NCBI GenBank assembly: GCA_043769275.1
Contig: JAYVJM010000007.1
Span: forward strand, 1-56,001
Source of the DNA: Cellvibrionales bacterium
Lineage (GTDB): Bacteria > Pseudomonadota > Gammaproteobacteria > Pseudomonadales > UBA7239
Reading direction: 5' to 3'
DNA: 56,001 nucleotides
Each line of letters begins with the position of its first letter. Position 1 is the first letter of the stretch. This document shows positions 30,012 through 41,100 of the stretch, one piece after another. The notes beneath the pieces are model-generated. The model worked only from the letters and a program-made list of their open reading frames with translations. It had not been told where the DNA came from and did not search any database. Position numbers and translations under genes: made by a program.

Positions 30012-32382
30012 TTTTCACGTCTCTAAACAAGCGTAGCGCGTTTACAGTGACCAGCAAGGAACTCAGTGCCATCCCCATTGCTGCAGCCACTGGCGGCAAA
30101 AGTCCTGCTGCGGCAATAGGCAATATGCTCAGATTATAAAGCAAGGCCCACCCAACGTTTTGACGAATAACGGAACGTGTGCGTAAAGCAAAACTGCGCA
30201 AAATGAGCAAATCGCTTAATCGGTTGTTTAGCAGCAAAACATCCGCTGCGAGTTGCGCGGTTTGGCTGGCTTCAGCCAGCGTGATGGACACATTGGCGCA
30301 GGCAAGAACGGGGCCGTCATTTATGCCATCGCCAACCATTGCCACAACGCCATATTGTTTTTTAAGCTTTTCCAGTACGGCGACTTTTTGTGCCGGAGAA
30401 CAGGCTTTGTATAAATCGGTAATGCCAAGTTCCTTAGCCACTGTCTCGACGGCATTGGAATGGTCACCCGATAACAAAACGCACCGCAATCCTACCTTCT
30501 GCAATTGGGCGATGCAGTCAGCAGCATCTAGGCGCAGGCTGTCACCCAGTGTGAAGGTAGCCAGCAGAGCTTCCTGCGTGCTGAGTGCAACCTGAATGTC
30601 GGTGTTGTCTGAGGCTGATGTGTTGCTGTTTTTTGGCGGTTTGCCGATATGGTACGAAATGCCATTGATGGTGGCGGTAATGCCGCTGTGCAAGTGCTCT
30701 ATTTTCTTGCTAGCGGTTGAAGCGGCGAGCATTGGGCTATTGGCAAAAGCGCTGGCAATGGGATGCGTACAATCGCGCTCCAGTGTGGCTGCGATCAACA
30801 AGCAGTCTTCTGCCAACATTTTGCCGTGTGTTTGTGTGTGCAAAATTCGCATACGGCCTTGCGTCAAGGTGCCGGTTTTATCAAAAATAAAACAAGCAAT
30901 TTTGGGTAATGTCGCCAGTGCCTGCGCGCTAGTGACCAGAATTCCCCGTCGTCGCAGTTGTAATGTTGCCGCTGTGAGCGCGGTGGGCATGGCTAGTGAA
31001 AGCGCACACGGGCAGCTCGCTACAAGTACGGCTAGAAAAGCAGGCAGTGCTTTTGCGGGATCAATCCAATACCAGAAGAGGCCGCTGCCGGCAGCCGTGA
31101 AAAGCACTAGGGGTGTAAACCACAATGCCAGCTTGTCGTATAAAGTCGCGCTGTGCTTTTTGGCTAATGCGTTTTCCATGCGTTGATGTAGTTGCGCCAG
31201 ATGGCTGTTCTCGCCCCATGCCTGCGCACGCACGGTGATCGACCCACGGAGAAGCCTGCTACCGGCTAGCACTTTGTCGCCTACTTTTTTTTGTACAGGG
31301 AAAAACTCGCCGGTGAGCATTGCCTGTTCAACACGGGCTGTTCCGTTGATGACAACGCCATCGACCGGCATCACTCCAGTATCCACCCACACCAGATCGC
31401 CCATCTGCAAATGATAAAGAGCTATGCGTGTTTGAATGCCATCTTCTAGGCGCGTGCAACTGTGCGGAAACACAGGTTGTTGCGTAAAGGCAGCTAATCG
31501 TCCACGTGCTTGTGTTTCCAGATAACGAGCACCCAACAGCAAAAATACAAACATGCCGATGGAATCAAAATATAGATTGTCTGTTTTTTGCAGTACGCCA
31601 ATAACGCTGGCGATTGCCGCCGCGCTGATGGCGATAGCTACCGGCAAATCCATGCCCGCGTGCCAAACTTTGAGATTACGCCATGCACTACTAAAAAAAG
31701 GCGTAGCAGCATAAAACCAGATAGGCAGCGAGAGGAGAAGCGCGACACCATTCATCCACTGCTGCAATTGTTCTGAAGCGCCAAAATAGTGCCCCATTGC
31801 AATCATGTGAATTTGCATTGCCAGCAAGCCCGTTACACCGATGCGTTGTAGCAATTGTTTCTGTTGCCTGCGGGTATGTTCTTGTTGCTCGGTAGGCTGC
31901 CAAGGCAAGGCGCGGTAGCCGATGCTCGCCAGAGCGGCAAAAATCTGGCTAGTCTGCAACACGTTTTTTTGCCAACGCAAACTGAGTTTATGGCTGGAAA
32001 GTTGCGCATAAACTGTTTTGATGCCGTCCATGCTGGATAGGCGTTTTTCTATTAGCCAACAGCAAGAGGCGCAGTGAATATCCGGAATAAAAAACTGCGC
32101 TTCACAGTCCTCACCATCATGGATAAAGTTTTTCTGGTAAGCGGGGAAATCCATATCCGCATATTCTTGCGTTGCGTTAATTTTGCCGATGGGATTTTGC
32201 GGTTTTTGATCGCGTTGCTGGTAATACTGCTGCAGCCCAAGATGGTGAATAGTTTCAGCCACCACACGACATGCAGGACAACAAAAAAAATGCTCTTTGC
32301 TTGCAATCGTGGCCGAAAATTCGCGAGGATTATGCCGTGGTAGAGGTTCGCTGCAATGAAAGCAGTTATCAGGGTTTGGCAT
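29995..32382 (-). CDS. ccoI: cbb3 assembly Cu-transporting P1B ATPase CcoI/FixI
   Basis: CFHC..CCPAC N-terminus, HCASC metal-binding domain, TGE, CPC, DKTGT, GDGIND. Confidence 0.93.
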   Translation of the reverse strand: MPNPDNCFHCSEPLPRHNPREFSATIASKEHFFCCPACRVVAETIHHLGLQQYYQQRDQKPQNPIGKINATQEYADMDFPAYQKNFIHDGEDCEAQFFIPDIHCASCCWLIEKRLSSMDGIKTVYAQLSSHKLSLRWQKNVLQTSQIFAALASIGYRALPWQPTEQQEHTRRQQKQLLQRIGVTGLLAMQIHMIAMGHYFGASEQLQQWMNGVALLLSLPIWFYAATPFFSSAWRNLKVWHAGMDLPVAIAISAAAIASVIGVLQKTDNLYFDSIGMFVFLLLGARYLETQARGRLAAFTQQPVFPHSCTRLEDGIQTRIALYHLQMGDLVWVDTGVMPVDGVVINGTARVEQAMLTGEFFPVQKKVGDKVLAGSRLLRGSITVRAQAWGENSHLAQLHQRMENALAKKHSATLYDKLALWFTPLVLFTAAGSGLFWYWIDPAKALPAFLAVLVASCPCALSLAMPTALTAATLQLRRRGILVTSAQALATLPKIACFIFDKTGTLTQGRMRILHTQTHGKMLAEDCLLIAATLERDCTHPIASAFANSPMLAASTASKKIEHLHSGITATINGISYHIGKPPKNSNTSASDNTDIQVALSTQEALLATFTLGDSLRLDAADCIAQLQKVGLRCVLLSGDHSNAVETVAKELGITDLYKACSPAQKVAVLEKLKKQYGVVAMVGDGINDGPVLACANVSITLAEASQTAQLAADVLLLNNRLSDLLILRSFALRTRSVIRQNVGWALLYNLSILPIAAAGLLPPVAAAMGMALSSLLVTVNALRLFRDVKIIESS

Positions 32383-32614
32383 TTTGGAGTAGCGTTTGCT
32401 CGTTTTTTTCCTGCGCGTCAATTATTTGATTGATGTCTAACCCGCTTTGGTAATAATTTTCGTCTATTACTGTGTCAGCATTTTTGATGGCGATATAGGC
32501 AAAATAAAGGCTGCTAGTGACTGATATCGTCAGCAAAAAAATGACAAAACAGGGCCAGAAATGTTTGTACCAAGCAGCATTGCTCTTTTGTTGGTTCATT
32601 GTTAATTCGTTCAT
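32369..32614 (-). CDS. ccoH: FixH/CcoH family protein, unusually short (81 aa)
   Basis: WYKHFWP.FVI TM helix, AIKNADTVIDENYYQSGLDIN; lies between ccoG and ccoI. Confidence 0.8.
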   Translation of the reverse strand: MNELTMNQQKSNAAWYKHFWPCFVIFLLTISVTSSLYFAYIAIKNADTVIDENYYQSGLDINQIIDAQEKNEQTLLQNAKP

Positions 32615-34047
32615 TGTGTCGGTCCTGTGAATCGTGTCTCATGTTGAGCGCAAACGGGAACAGCTGTGTTGTTTGGGTTGATCTGGCAGGCATGAAAAGA
32701 AAAGTCTACGTTCTTGCTTTTCCACTTATCCAGCGGCATTTGCAGGCGCAGCGGCTGGCTTAGTACCTCGCCAGAGTCGACCCAAACCAAAGTCCTGCCA
32801 TCAATATGCGCGTTTGGCAAATCAATGCTAATACGGTACTGATGCGCCTTTTGATCGCGGTTGCCCAACTTAAGCGTGTACACGTTTTCAATATTGCCAT
32901 TTCGTTGCTGGAACAAGCTGCTGCGTTCGCGAATCACTTTAAGGTCGGTTGTTTGACGCATTAGCAACGCACCAACAAACAGCCCACACATCACTAACAG
33001 AATGGCCATGTAGCCGATGGTGCGCGGACGCAACCAGTGTGAAGGCTTGCCCGTCATATGGTTTTCTGTACTGTAGCTAATGAGGTGCGGCGGGTAGCCT
33101 ATTTTTTCCATAACGGAATCGCAGGCATCTATACACAATGCGCAGTTGATGCACTCGTATTGCAGGCCTTCGCGGATGTCGATGCCGACTGGGCAAACTT
33201 GCACGCATAATTGGCAATCGATGCAATCCCCCAAGTTTTCTGGTTTGGTTTCGTCGATTTTGCGTGAGCCACGCGGCTCGCCGCGTTTGGTATCGTAGGT
33301 GACAATTAAGGTATCACGGTCAAACATCGCAGACTGAAAACGCGCATATGGGCACATATACAGACACACCTGCTCACGCAGCCAACCGGCATTGAGATAG
33401 GTTAGGCCTGTAAAAATACCGATCCAAATATAAGCGGAAGAATCCGCATTCAGAGCAAAAAAATCCAAAGCAAGTGCGGTAATGGGCGTGAAGTAGCCCA
33501 CGAAGGTAAAGCCAGTTAAAAAGGCAAAACCAACCCAGAGGCCATGTTTGGCGGTTTTTTTACTGAGTTTTTGAAGGCTCCATGGTGCCTGATCCAAACG
33601 AATACGTTGATTGCGACTGCCTTCCGTTTTTTGTTCTACCCACATGAAAATGCTAGTCCACACGGTTTGCGGGCAGGAATAACCGCACCATACGCGTCCA
33701 AATAGTGTTGTAAATAAAAATAGTGCGACAGCCGCTATTATCAGAAGCCAGGCTAGCATAATCAGGTCTTGAGGCCAAAATGTGACATCAAAAATATTAA
33801 ATTTGCGCGCAGGCAGATCAAATAAAACGGCTTGGTGGCCGTTCCACTGTACCCAAGGCAGCAAAAAATAGCCTAACAATAAAGGCCAGCCAGTAAACAG
33901 ACGAATGCGCTGAAAAAATCCTTCAATTTGACGTGTATAAATTTTTTCACGCCGCTGATACAGGTCAATCTCTGCCAGCTCTTTGGGGGCGAGCGAGTCA
34001 ACCAGGGCTATTTTGTCGGGGTCTTGTTGTGGCAATGTTGCCTTCAC
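32611..34047 (-). CDS. ccoG: Cytochrome c oxidase accessory protein CcoG
   Basis: LYQRREKIY, GRVWCGYSCPQTVWT, CPYARFQ, two CxxCxxC..CP clusters; GTG 34047 has a GGAG RBS, while the longer ORF start (34119) lies inside a repeat. Confidence 0.95.
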   Translation of the reverse strand: MKATLPQQDPDKIALVDSLAPKELAEIDLYQRREKIYTRQIEGFFQRIRLFTGWPLLLGYFLLPWVQWNGHQAVLFDLPARKFNIFDVTFWPQDLIMLAWLLIIAAVALFLFTTLFGRVWCGYSCPQTVWTSIFMWVEQKTEGSRNQRIRLDQAPWSLQKLSKKTAKHGLWVGFAFLTGFTFVGYFTPITALALDFFALNADSSAYIWIGIFTGLTYLNAGWLREQVCLYMCPYARFQSAMFDRDTLIVTYDTKRGEPRGSRKIDETKPENLGDCIDCQLCVQVCPVGIDIREGLQYECINCALCIDACDSVMEKIGYPPHLISYSTENHMTGKPSHWLRPRTIGYMAILLVMCGLFVGALLMRQTTDLKVIRERSSLFQQRNGNIENVYTLKLGNRDQKAHQYRISIDLPNAHIDGRTLVWVDSGEVLSQPLRLQMPLDKWKSKNVDFSFHACQINPNNTAVPVCAQHETRFTGPTQ

Positions 34048-34085
34048 GTGGACTCCATTGATGATGTGACTGGTTTCATTATTTA

Positions 34086-34144
34086 CCGTTCGCCCTGAGC
34101 TTGTCGAAGGGCTTTTCATGCTTCGACAATCTCACCACGAACGG
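34086..34144. repeat. REP-like palindromic element
   Basis: CCGTTCG-CCC-TGAGCTTGTCGAAG-loop-CTTCGACAATCTCA-CCA-CGAACGG; perfect outer 7 bp and 13/14 inner stem. Confidence 0.75.
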
Positions 34145-34165
34145 GGCGTTATATTTAGCCAAATC

Positions 34166-35077
34166 CTAAGGTGCTATTTTTTCGGCGGATGCCTCAGGTT
34201 CGCTTGCTTCGTCGGGTAGATTTAACCCATAAATATACGCCGTTAGCAGATGGATTTGCTCTGCCGACAGCAAGTGTTTAAAGGAGGGCATTTGTCCACT
34301 ACGCCCATTAAGAATAGACGTTTTTATTTCGCCCAAAGCACCGCCATAAAGCCAGATGTTGTTCGTTAAATTGGGTGCGCCTATTTTTTGATCGCCTTTG
34401 CCATCCGCTCCATGGCAAACGCTGCAATAGCTTGCAAACACTTGCGCGCCTGCGGGCAATTTTTTGGCTGGATTGCTTTCAGCCACCCAAGCGGCAACGT
34501 CGTTCACCTGTTGCTCGTTTAAGATGTTTTTCCAAGCAGGCATAGTGCCGCGCCGCCCTTCTGTAATAGTCATTTTGATCATTTCTGGGCTGCCGCCGTA
34601 TAGCCACTCGTCATCACGCAAGTTTGGAAATCCCACATTGCCGCCTGCGTCAGAGCCGTGACAAGCTGCACAGTTCATCGCAAACAGATGCTGCCCACTG
34701 CGTCGAGCCTGTTCGTTTTTGGCCAGTTCCTCAATTGGCATAGCCGCATACTTTGAGAGCAAGGCGCTGAACTTGGCTTTTTGTTCGGTTGTATTTTGTT
34801 GCCATTGTTTTTCTTGCGTCCAACCCAGAAACCCCTTGAAGTTGCCAAGTCCAGGATACAGCGCGAGATAAGCAATACTAAAAACAATGGTCAGTACAAA
34901 TAGATAGAGCCACCAAGAAGGCATGGGGTTGTCATATTCTTCAATGCCATCATAGATGTGACCGGTGGTCTTTTCTTCGGTATTGGGGCGAGAGCGGTTA
35001 CCAAACAGTAACCACAGATAGCCAATAATAGAAACAACTGTGAGCAGAATGATCCAGTTACTCCAAAAGTCGCTCAT
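34166..35077 (-). CDS. ccoP: cbb3-type cytochrome c oxidase subunit III
   Basis: TTGHIYDGIEEYDNPMP.WW, two heme motifs CAACH and CSVCH. Confidence 0.97.
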   Translation of the reverse strand: MSDFWSNWIILLTVVSIIGYLWLLFGNRSRPNTEEKTTGHIYDGIEEYDNPMPSWWLYLFVLTIVFSIAYLALYPGLGNFKGFLGWTQEKQWQQNTTEQKAKFSALLSKYAAMPIEELAKNEQARRSGQHLFAMNCAACHGSDAGGNVGFPNLRDDEWLYGGSPEMIKMTITEGRRGTMPAWKNILNEQQVNDVAAWVAESNPAKKLPAGAQVFASYCSVCHGADGKGDQKIGAPNLTNNIWLYGGALGEIKTSILNGRSGQMPSFKHLLSAEQIHLLTAYIYGLNLPDEASEPEASAEKIAP

Positions 35078-35286
35078 GCGCGCTCTCCGTGATGAATAAC
35101 GCCGCGACGCTTCTCGTCAGCCTCTTGAGATTCTCGGTTAATTTCTTCATCCGCAAATGGCAGTTCTGCTGCTTCGTCAAATTCTGGTTTGCGTTTTTTG
35201 CTGTAAGCCCACACACACAAGCCAATAAAAAACAGCATCAGTAACAAAGTAAGTAGGCCGCGCAGTGTGTTGAGGTCAAAATCCAT
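35074..35286 (-). CDS. ccoQ: cbb3-type cytochrome c oxidase subunit IV
   Basis: MDFDLNTLRG..FIG.CVWAYS..RK.EFDEAA.LPF; GAGGAG RBS. Confidence 0.93.
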   Translation of the reverse strand: MDFDLNTLRGLLTLLLMLFFIGLCVWAYSKKRKPEFDEAAELPFADEEINRESQEADEKRRGVIHHGERA

Positions 35287-35296
35287 GGCAGTCTCC

Positions 35297-35953
35297 TCAG
35301 TGCTGGTTATCAATAGTTGCGGGGAGTAGGGTGCCTAATTGCTGCAGATACGCTACCAGCGCATTGATTTCAGCTGTGCCGGCAACAGCGGTTTCTGCGC
35401 CGGCTATGTCGCTATCGGTATACGGCACACCCACAATGCGCAGTGCGCGCATTTTGGCTGCGGTGTCTTTGCCGTCTAGGGTTGCACTCAAGAGCCAAGG
35501 GTAGGCTGGCATTACCGACTCCGGAACCACATCTCTCGGGTTGTATAAATGTATACGGTGCCACTCGTCGCTATAACGGTTACCCACACGCGCCAGATCA
35601 GGGCCTGTGCGCTTTGATCCCCATAAAAATGGATGCTCATATACTGATTCTCCGGCAACCGAGTAGTGACCATAGCGTGCGGTTTCAGCAGAAAGAGGGC
35701 GGATCATTTGCGAATGGCAGCCGCTACAGCCTTCGCGGATATAAATATCGCGACCTTCCAGTGCCAGTGCTGGCAGTGGTTTCAGGCCTTTAATAGGCTC
35801 AATAACTTCTTTCTGAAATGCTAGTGGAACCAATTCCACTAGGGCACCAACACTGATAACGATGAGTATCAATACCATCATCACGCCAATGTTTTTTTCG
35901 ATTTTGTCGTGCGCATTTTTATGAGAAGAGCTATTTTTTTCGTGCAGGCTCAT
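35297..35953 (-). CDS. ccoO: cbb3-type cytochrome c oxidase subunit II
   Basis: [34 protein letters not shown]. Confidence 0.98.
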   Translation of the reverse strand: MSLHEKNSSSHKNAHDKIEKNIGVMMVLILIVISVGALVELVPLAFQKEVIEPIKGLKPLPALALEGRDIYIREGCSGCHSQMIRPLSAETARYGHYSVAGESVYEHPFLWGSKRTGPDLARVGNRYSDEWHRIHLYNPRDVVPESVMPAYPWLLSATLDGKDTAAKMRALRIVGVPYTDSDIAGAETAVAGTAEINALVAYLQQLGTLLPATIDNQH

Positions 35954-37413
35954 GCGTACGCTCCTGTGGCTGGCGCGAAATCAGCGGGTTGACTGGCAAT
36001 AGCATTGGGCATCCGCACTGTGCGCCAGACGTTGTACGCCATGATTAACATGCCTACAAAGAACATCAATCCGCCGCATAACCTAACCAAGTAGCCTGGC
36101 TGGCTGGCCACAACAGACTCAATGAAACTATATGTTAGTGTTCCGTCGCTGTTGTATGCCCGCCACATTAAGCCTTGAATAATGCCGTTAACCCACATAG
36201 AAGCGATGTATAATACAGTGCCTATAGTTGCCAACCAAAAATGCACGCTGACCAGCGCGATGCTGTAAAGCCGCGGCTTATCAAACAGTACGGGGATTAA
36301 GTGATAAACAGCACCAATGCTAATCATCGCTACCCAACCCAGCGCGCCTGAATGCACGTGGCCGATAGTCCAGTCAGTGTAATGCGACATCGCATTGACG
36401 GTTTTGATCGCCATCATAGGGCCTTCAAATGTGGACATGCCATAAAAAGATAGCGAGATGATTAAAAAGCGCAGTACAGGATCATCGCGCAATTTATGCC
36501 AAGCCCCCGAGAGCGTCATCACCCCGTTAATCATGCCGCCCCAGCTGGGTGCCAACAAAATGAGCGACATCACCATGCCTAAACTTTGCGCCCAATCGGG
36601 CAGTGCCGTGTAGTGCAAATGGTGCGGGCCTGCCCAAATATAAATAGAAATAAGTGCCCAAAAATGCACGATGGACAAGCGGTAGGAGTAAATAGGTCTA
36701 CCAGCTTGCTTTGGCACGAAGTAATACATCATGCCAAGAAAGCCCGCAGTGAGCAGAAAGCCTACAGCATTGTGGCCGTACCACCACTGCACCATGGCAT
36801 CGACTGCGCCAGCATAAATGGAATACGACTTCGTGAACGTAACCGGAATCACCATGCAGTTGACGATATGTAGCACAGCCACTGTGATGATAAAAGAAGC
36901 AAAAAACCAGTTGGCTACGTAGATATGTGACGTTTTGCGCTTCATGATCGTACCGAAAAACACAATGGCGTACAGCACCCACACAACAGTAATAAGCAGG
37001 CCGATAGGCCATTCAAGCTCCGCATATTCTTTGCCACGGGTAAAGCCCATCGGCAGGCTGATGGCCGCCAGCAAGATGACTAATTGCCAGCCCCAAAATA
37101 CCAAAGAAGCAAGGCGATCAGAAAACAACCGAGCTTGACAGGTGCGCTGTACAACGTAAAACGAGCTGGCGAACAGGGCGCTGCCCCCAAAAGCAAAAAT
37201 GACTGCGTTCGTGTGTAGCGGCCGCAAGCGGCCAAATGACAAGTAGGGCTGATCAAAATTAATCCACGGCCACACGAGTTGTGCTGCGATATACACCCCA
37301 ACCGCCATGCCAACAATGCCCCAAACAACAGTCATAATTGTGAACTGCTGCACGACTTTGTAGTTGTAAATAGGGTGGGTATACAGGGTTTGTCTTAAAT
37401 CACTGGTCGGCAT
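35950..37413 (-). CDS. ccoN: cbb3-type cytochrome c oxidase subunit I
   Basis: [47 protein letters not shown]. Confidence 0.99.
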   Translation of the reverse strand: MPTSDLRQTLYTHPIYNYKVVQQFTIMTVVWGIVGMAVGVYIAAQLVWPWINFDQPYLSFGRLRPLHTNAVIFAFGGSALFASSFYVVQRTCQARLFSDRLASLVFWGWQLVILLAAISLPMGFTRGKEYAELEWPIGLLITVVWVLYAIVFFGTIMKRKTSHIYVANWFFASFIITVAVLHIVNCMVIPVTFTKSYSIYAGAVDAMVQWWYGHNAVGFLLTAGFLGMMYYFVPKQAGRPIYSYRLSIVHFWALISIYIWAGPHHLHYTALPDWAQSLGMVMSLILLAPSWGGMINGVMTLSGAWHKLRDDPVLRFLIISLSFYGMSTFEGPMMAIKTVNAMSHYTDWTIGHVHSGALGWVAMISIGAVYHLIPVLFDKPRLYSIALVSVHFWLATIGTVLYIASMWVNGIIQGLMWRAYNSDGTLTYSFIESVVASQPGYLVRLCGGLMFFVGMLIMAYNVWRTVRMPNAIASQPADFAPATGAYA

Positions 37414-37698
37414 AAAGCTTCCTAAGAATATATCTTCAAGGCAAGTAAAAAAAGGGGGGGATGATGCTGTTTAAAGCCGCACAAATGGAAATGGCATTAT
37501 AGGTCGAAAATTGGAAAATAATGGAGAGGGCATAAATAAAACAATACTCTCACGTTGACGACCTAGTTCAATTTTATTACAGGAAGTCTAAAGCGAGAAG
37601 GATATAAATTAAGGCCGAAAATATTGATTGACAGAAGCGGAATACTTTAAGATTATCGCGCTCGCGGGGATAGCGCATCATCAAAAAAGGAGTTCTAC

Positions 37699-38100
37699 AT
37701 GAAGGTTATGTTTTTTTTGCCAAAAATAAGCACGTTTTTCACCAAGACACTGATTGTGAGTGTTTTGTGCATTAGCCCTCTGATTAGCGGTGAATCAATT
37801 GCTAGCGAATCAGTTACCCATAAAACAGTTGCCGTCAGCGCAAATACGGTACGGGCTGCTGATGTAACCAATGCAGTTACCACAGGTGCTCGTACTGCTG
37901 CTGCAAAAATCAATATCAATAATGCTGACGCACAAACTCTAGCTGAGCGCATGAAAGGTATTGGCCTTAAAAAGGCGCAAGCCATTGTTGCTTACCGTGA
38001 ACAACATGGCTCTTTTAAAACGCTGGATGAATTAGACAATGTGAAAGGGATTGGCTCGGCTACATTAGAGAAAAACCGTTCTCTGATTGATATCCAATAA
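37699..38100 (+). CDS. comEA: ComEA family helix-hairpin-helix DNA-binding protein
   Basis: Signal peptide, ININNADAQTL, KGIG.KKAQAIVAYR..HG.F, VKGIG..TLEKN; AGGAG RBS. Confidence 0.9.
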   Translation: MKVMFFLPKISTFFTKTLIVSVLCISPLISGESIASESVTHKTVAVSANTVRAADVTNAVTTGARTAAAKININNADAQTLAERMKGIGLKKAQAIVAYREQHGSFKTLDELDNVKGIGSATLEKNRSLIDIQ

Positions 38101-38123
38101 GCCAATTTTTCTGCTATTCCTAC

Positions 38124-38150
38124 AAAAAACCCAGCAATGCTGGGTTTTTT
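38124..38150. terminator. Bidirectional intrinsic terminator between comEA and purL
   Basis: AAAAAACCCAGC-AAT-GCTGGGTTTTTT. Confidence 0.85.
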
Positions 38151-38186
38151 ATTTTCGTAATCTATGTGCCAGCCTCACGGCAGCTT

Positions 38187-41100
38187 TTACCCAACCCACG
38201 CCCTTGCATTACGAAATAGCCTCAGCCAAGGCGCATCTTCCTGCCACTCATTCGGATGCCAAGAATTGTTTACTGCTCGCACCACGCGTTCTGGGTGCGG
38301 CATCATGATGCTATGGCGGCCATCGGTATTGGTGAGTGCGGTGATGCCCTCTGGCGAGCCGTTGGGGTTTGCGGGAAACATCTCGCTCACGCACAGGTGG
38401 TTATCGATATAACGCAGGCCTACCAACTCTTTACTGTTCAACAGCTTCAAATCTGTAGATGATGTGAATTCTGCCCTGCCTTCGCCATGCGCGGTGGCGA
38501 TAGGCAGACGGGAGCCTTCCATGCCCGCAAACAAAATCGACGGTGATTTTTGAACTTCAACCATTACAAAGCGTGCCTCAAACTGTTCAGAACTGTTTCG
38601 GATAAAGCGCGGCCAGTGTTCAGCACCTGGGATCAGTGCCTTTAGGTGCGACATCATTTGGCAGCCATTACACACACCAAGACTAAAGCTATCTTGGCGA
38701 TCAAAAAATGCCTCAAACATATTGCGTGCGTAGTTGTTGAACAGAATGGTTTTTGCCCAACCACCACCTGCACCCAACACATCGCCATAAGAAAAGCCGC
38801 CACATGCGGCGATGCCTTTGTAGTCGGCAAGATCAACTCTTCCCGTCAAAATATCGCTCATGTGTACGTCAACTGCGGTAAATCCAGCGCGATCAAACGC
38901 TGCCGCCATCTCCACTTGCCCATTTACGCCTTGTTCGCGCAGCACCGCCACACGTGGACGCACGCCAGATTGAATAAATGGTGCGGCGATATCATTATTG
39001 TGATCAAAGCTGAGAGAAACCGACAAACCCGGATTGCTGTTGTTCAGCACGGTCGCTTTTTCTTGCTCGGCACAAGTTGGATTATCGCGTAGGGCTTGCA
39101 AGCGGTAGCTGGTGTCCCACCACAAATGCAACGCTGCGTTTCTGGATGTTAAAAATACCGTTTTCTGCTCACGTGTAAAGCGTAAGCAGTCATCGCCGTT
39201 GATGCTACCTAATCTGTGCAAACAACTACTTAAATCATGCTCAAACGCCAGTGCTTTCAAAGCATTCTCATCCGTCACTTGCACGACGATGCCGAGTTCC
39301 TCGGCAAACAACGCACCAAGGTCAGTGCCGCCCAAACCGTCGAGCGCGATGTCGATACCACAGTGGCCAGCGAAGGCCATTTCTGCCAGCGTGACGAATA
39401 GGCCACCATCAGAACGATCGTGGCAGGCAAGTAGTAGCTGTGTTTCCAGTGCTGTTTGCATCAAGGAGAACAAATTGGCGAGTTGATCAGGGCGGTCGAG
39501 ATCAGGCGTTTCATTGCCCAGTTGAGAAAACACTTGAGCTAATGCAGAAGCCCCAAGTCGCTGCTTTCCATTAGATAAATCAATAAGATATATAGATGAA
39601 TTAATGTTTTTTGTTTGAAGTTGTGGGGTGATAGTTTTGCGTACATCGAGCACCGGCGCGAAGGCTGAAATAATTAAAGACATAGGCGAAGTAACAGATT
39701 TTTCTGCGCCCGCCTCCTGCCATTGTGTACGCATGGACATGGAGTCTTTTCCCACCGGCACAGTGATGCCTAATTGTGGGCAAAGCTCCATGCCCACTGC
39801 ATGCACAGCATCAAACAGCTTTTCATCTTCACCGGCAAAACCTGCTGCGCACATCCAGTTGGCAGATAATTTAACGTCCTGCAATTTTTCTATGCGCGCG
39901 CAACTGATATTGGTGATGGCTTCTGCGATGGCCATGCGTGCGGAGGCGGCGGCATTGATGAGCGCGGCGGGTGTGCGTTCGCCCATCGCCATCGCTTCGC
40001 CTTTATTTGTGTCATAGGCGACTGTCGTCACGGCGCAATCGGCCACGGGCATTTGCCAAGGGCCGACCAGTTGATCGCGCACCACCATGCCGGTTACGGA
40101 GCGGTCACCAATCGTAATCAAGAAATTTTTGCTGGCCACGGCGGGCAGTTGCAGCACGCGCTTCACGGCTTCTGGTAGAGAGGTGCTAGATGTGTCCAAC
40201 GGCGGCTGTACCACCGTTTCTCGATTGAACGCGCGCGTCATTTTTGGCGGCTTTCCGAACAGCAAAGACATAGGTAAATCAACAGGTTGGTTTTTGAAGT
40301 TCGAGTCGTTTACCCACAAGTGTTTCTCGCTGGATGATTCGCCGACCACGGCATACGGGCAGCGTTCGCGTGTGCAGATGGCATCAAAAACAGCGATGTC
40401 TTCCGGTTTCACCGCCAGCACGTAACGTTCTTGCGCTTCATTGCACCAAATGGCCAGCGGCGACATGCCAGTTTCTTCGCTTGGCACTGCACGTAAATTA
40501 AATGTGCCGCCGCATCCGCCATCCTTCACCAATTCCGGTAGCGCGTTCGACAAACCACCTGCGCCCACATCGTGAATAAATTGGATGGGGTTGCGTTCGC
40601 CCAACTGCCAGCAACGGTCAATTACTTCCTGACAACGGCGTTCCATCTCCGGATTTTGGCGTTGCACAGAGGCAAAATCTAAATCCTCTGCGCTCTGACC
40701 AGATGCCATGCTCGATGCTGCACTGCCTCCTAAGCCAATTTGCATAGCCGGCCCACCTAGCACAATTAACTGGTTGCCGGCCGCAAAAGGGGATTTGTCG
40801 ACGTGTTCAGCGCGCACGTTGCCGTAACCGCCTGCCACCATGATGGGTTTGTGATAGCCGCGCATTTCCATGCCCGCAATGCCCTGTGTTAGCTGTTCAA
40901 AACTGCGAAAATACCCGCATAAATTTGGGCGACCAAACTCGTTGTTGAATGCCGCGCTTCCTACAGGGCCTTCCAGCATGATGTTCAGCGCCGAGACGAT
41001 TCGGCTCGGTTTTCCATAATAGTATCCGGCGGCATTGCGCTCCCAAGGTTGCTCAAAGCCAGGAATACAGAGGTTGGATACAGAAAAGCCCGTTAAGCCT

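Noticed and set aside
34048-34119. N-terminal extension of CcoG given by the ORF track
   Set aside because: Partly derived from the palindromic repeat; GTG 34047 has a proper GGAG RBS.
37556-37572. TTGA-N9-TCAA upstream of ccoN as an FNR box
   Set aside because: Spacing and half-sites do not match TTGAT-N4-ATCAA.
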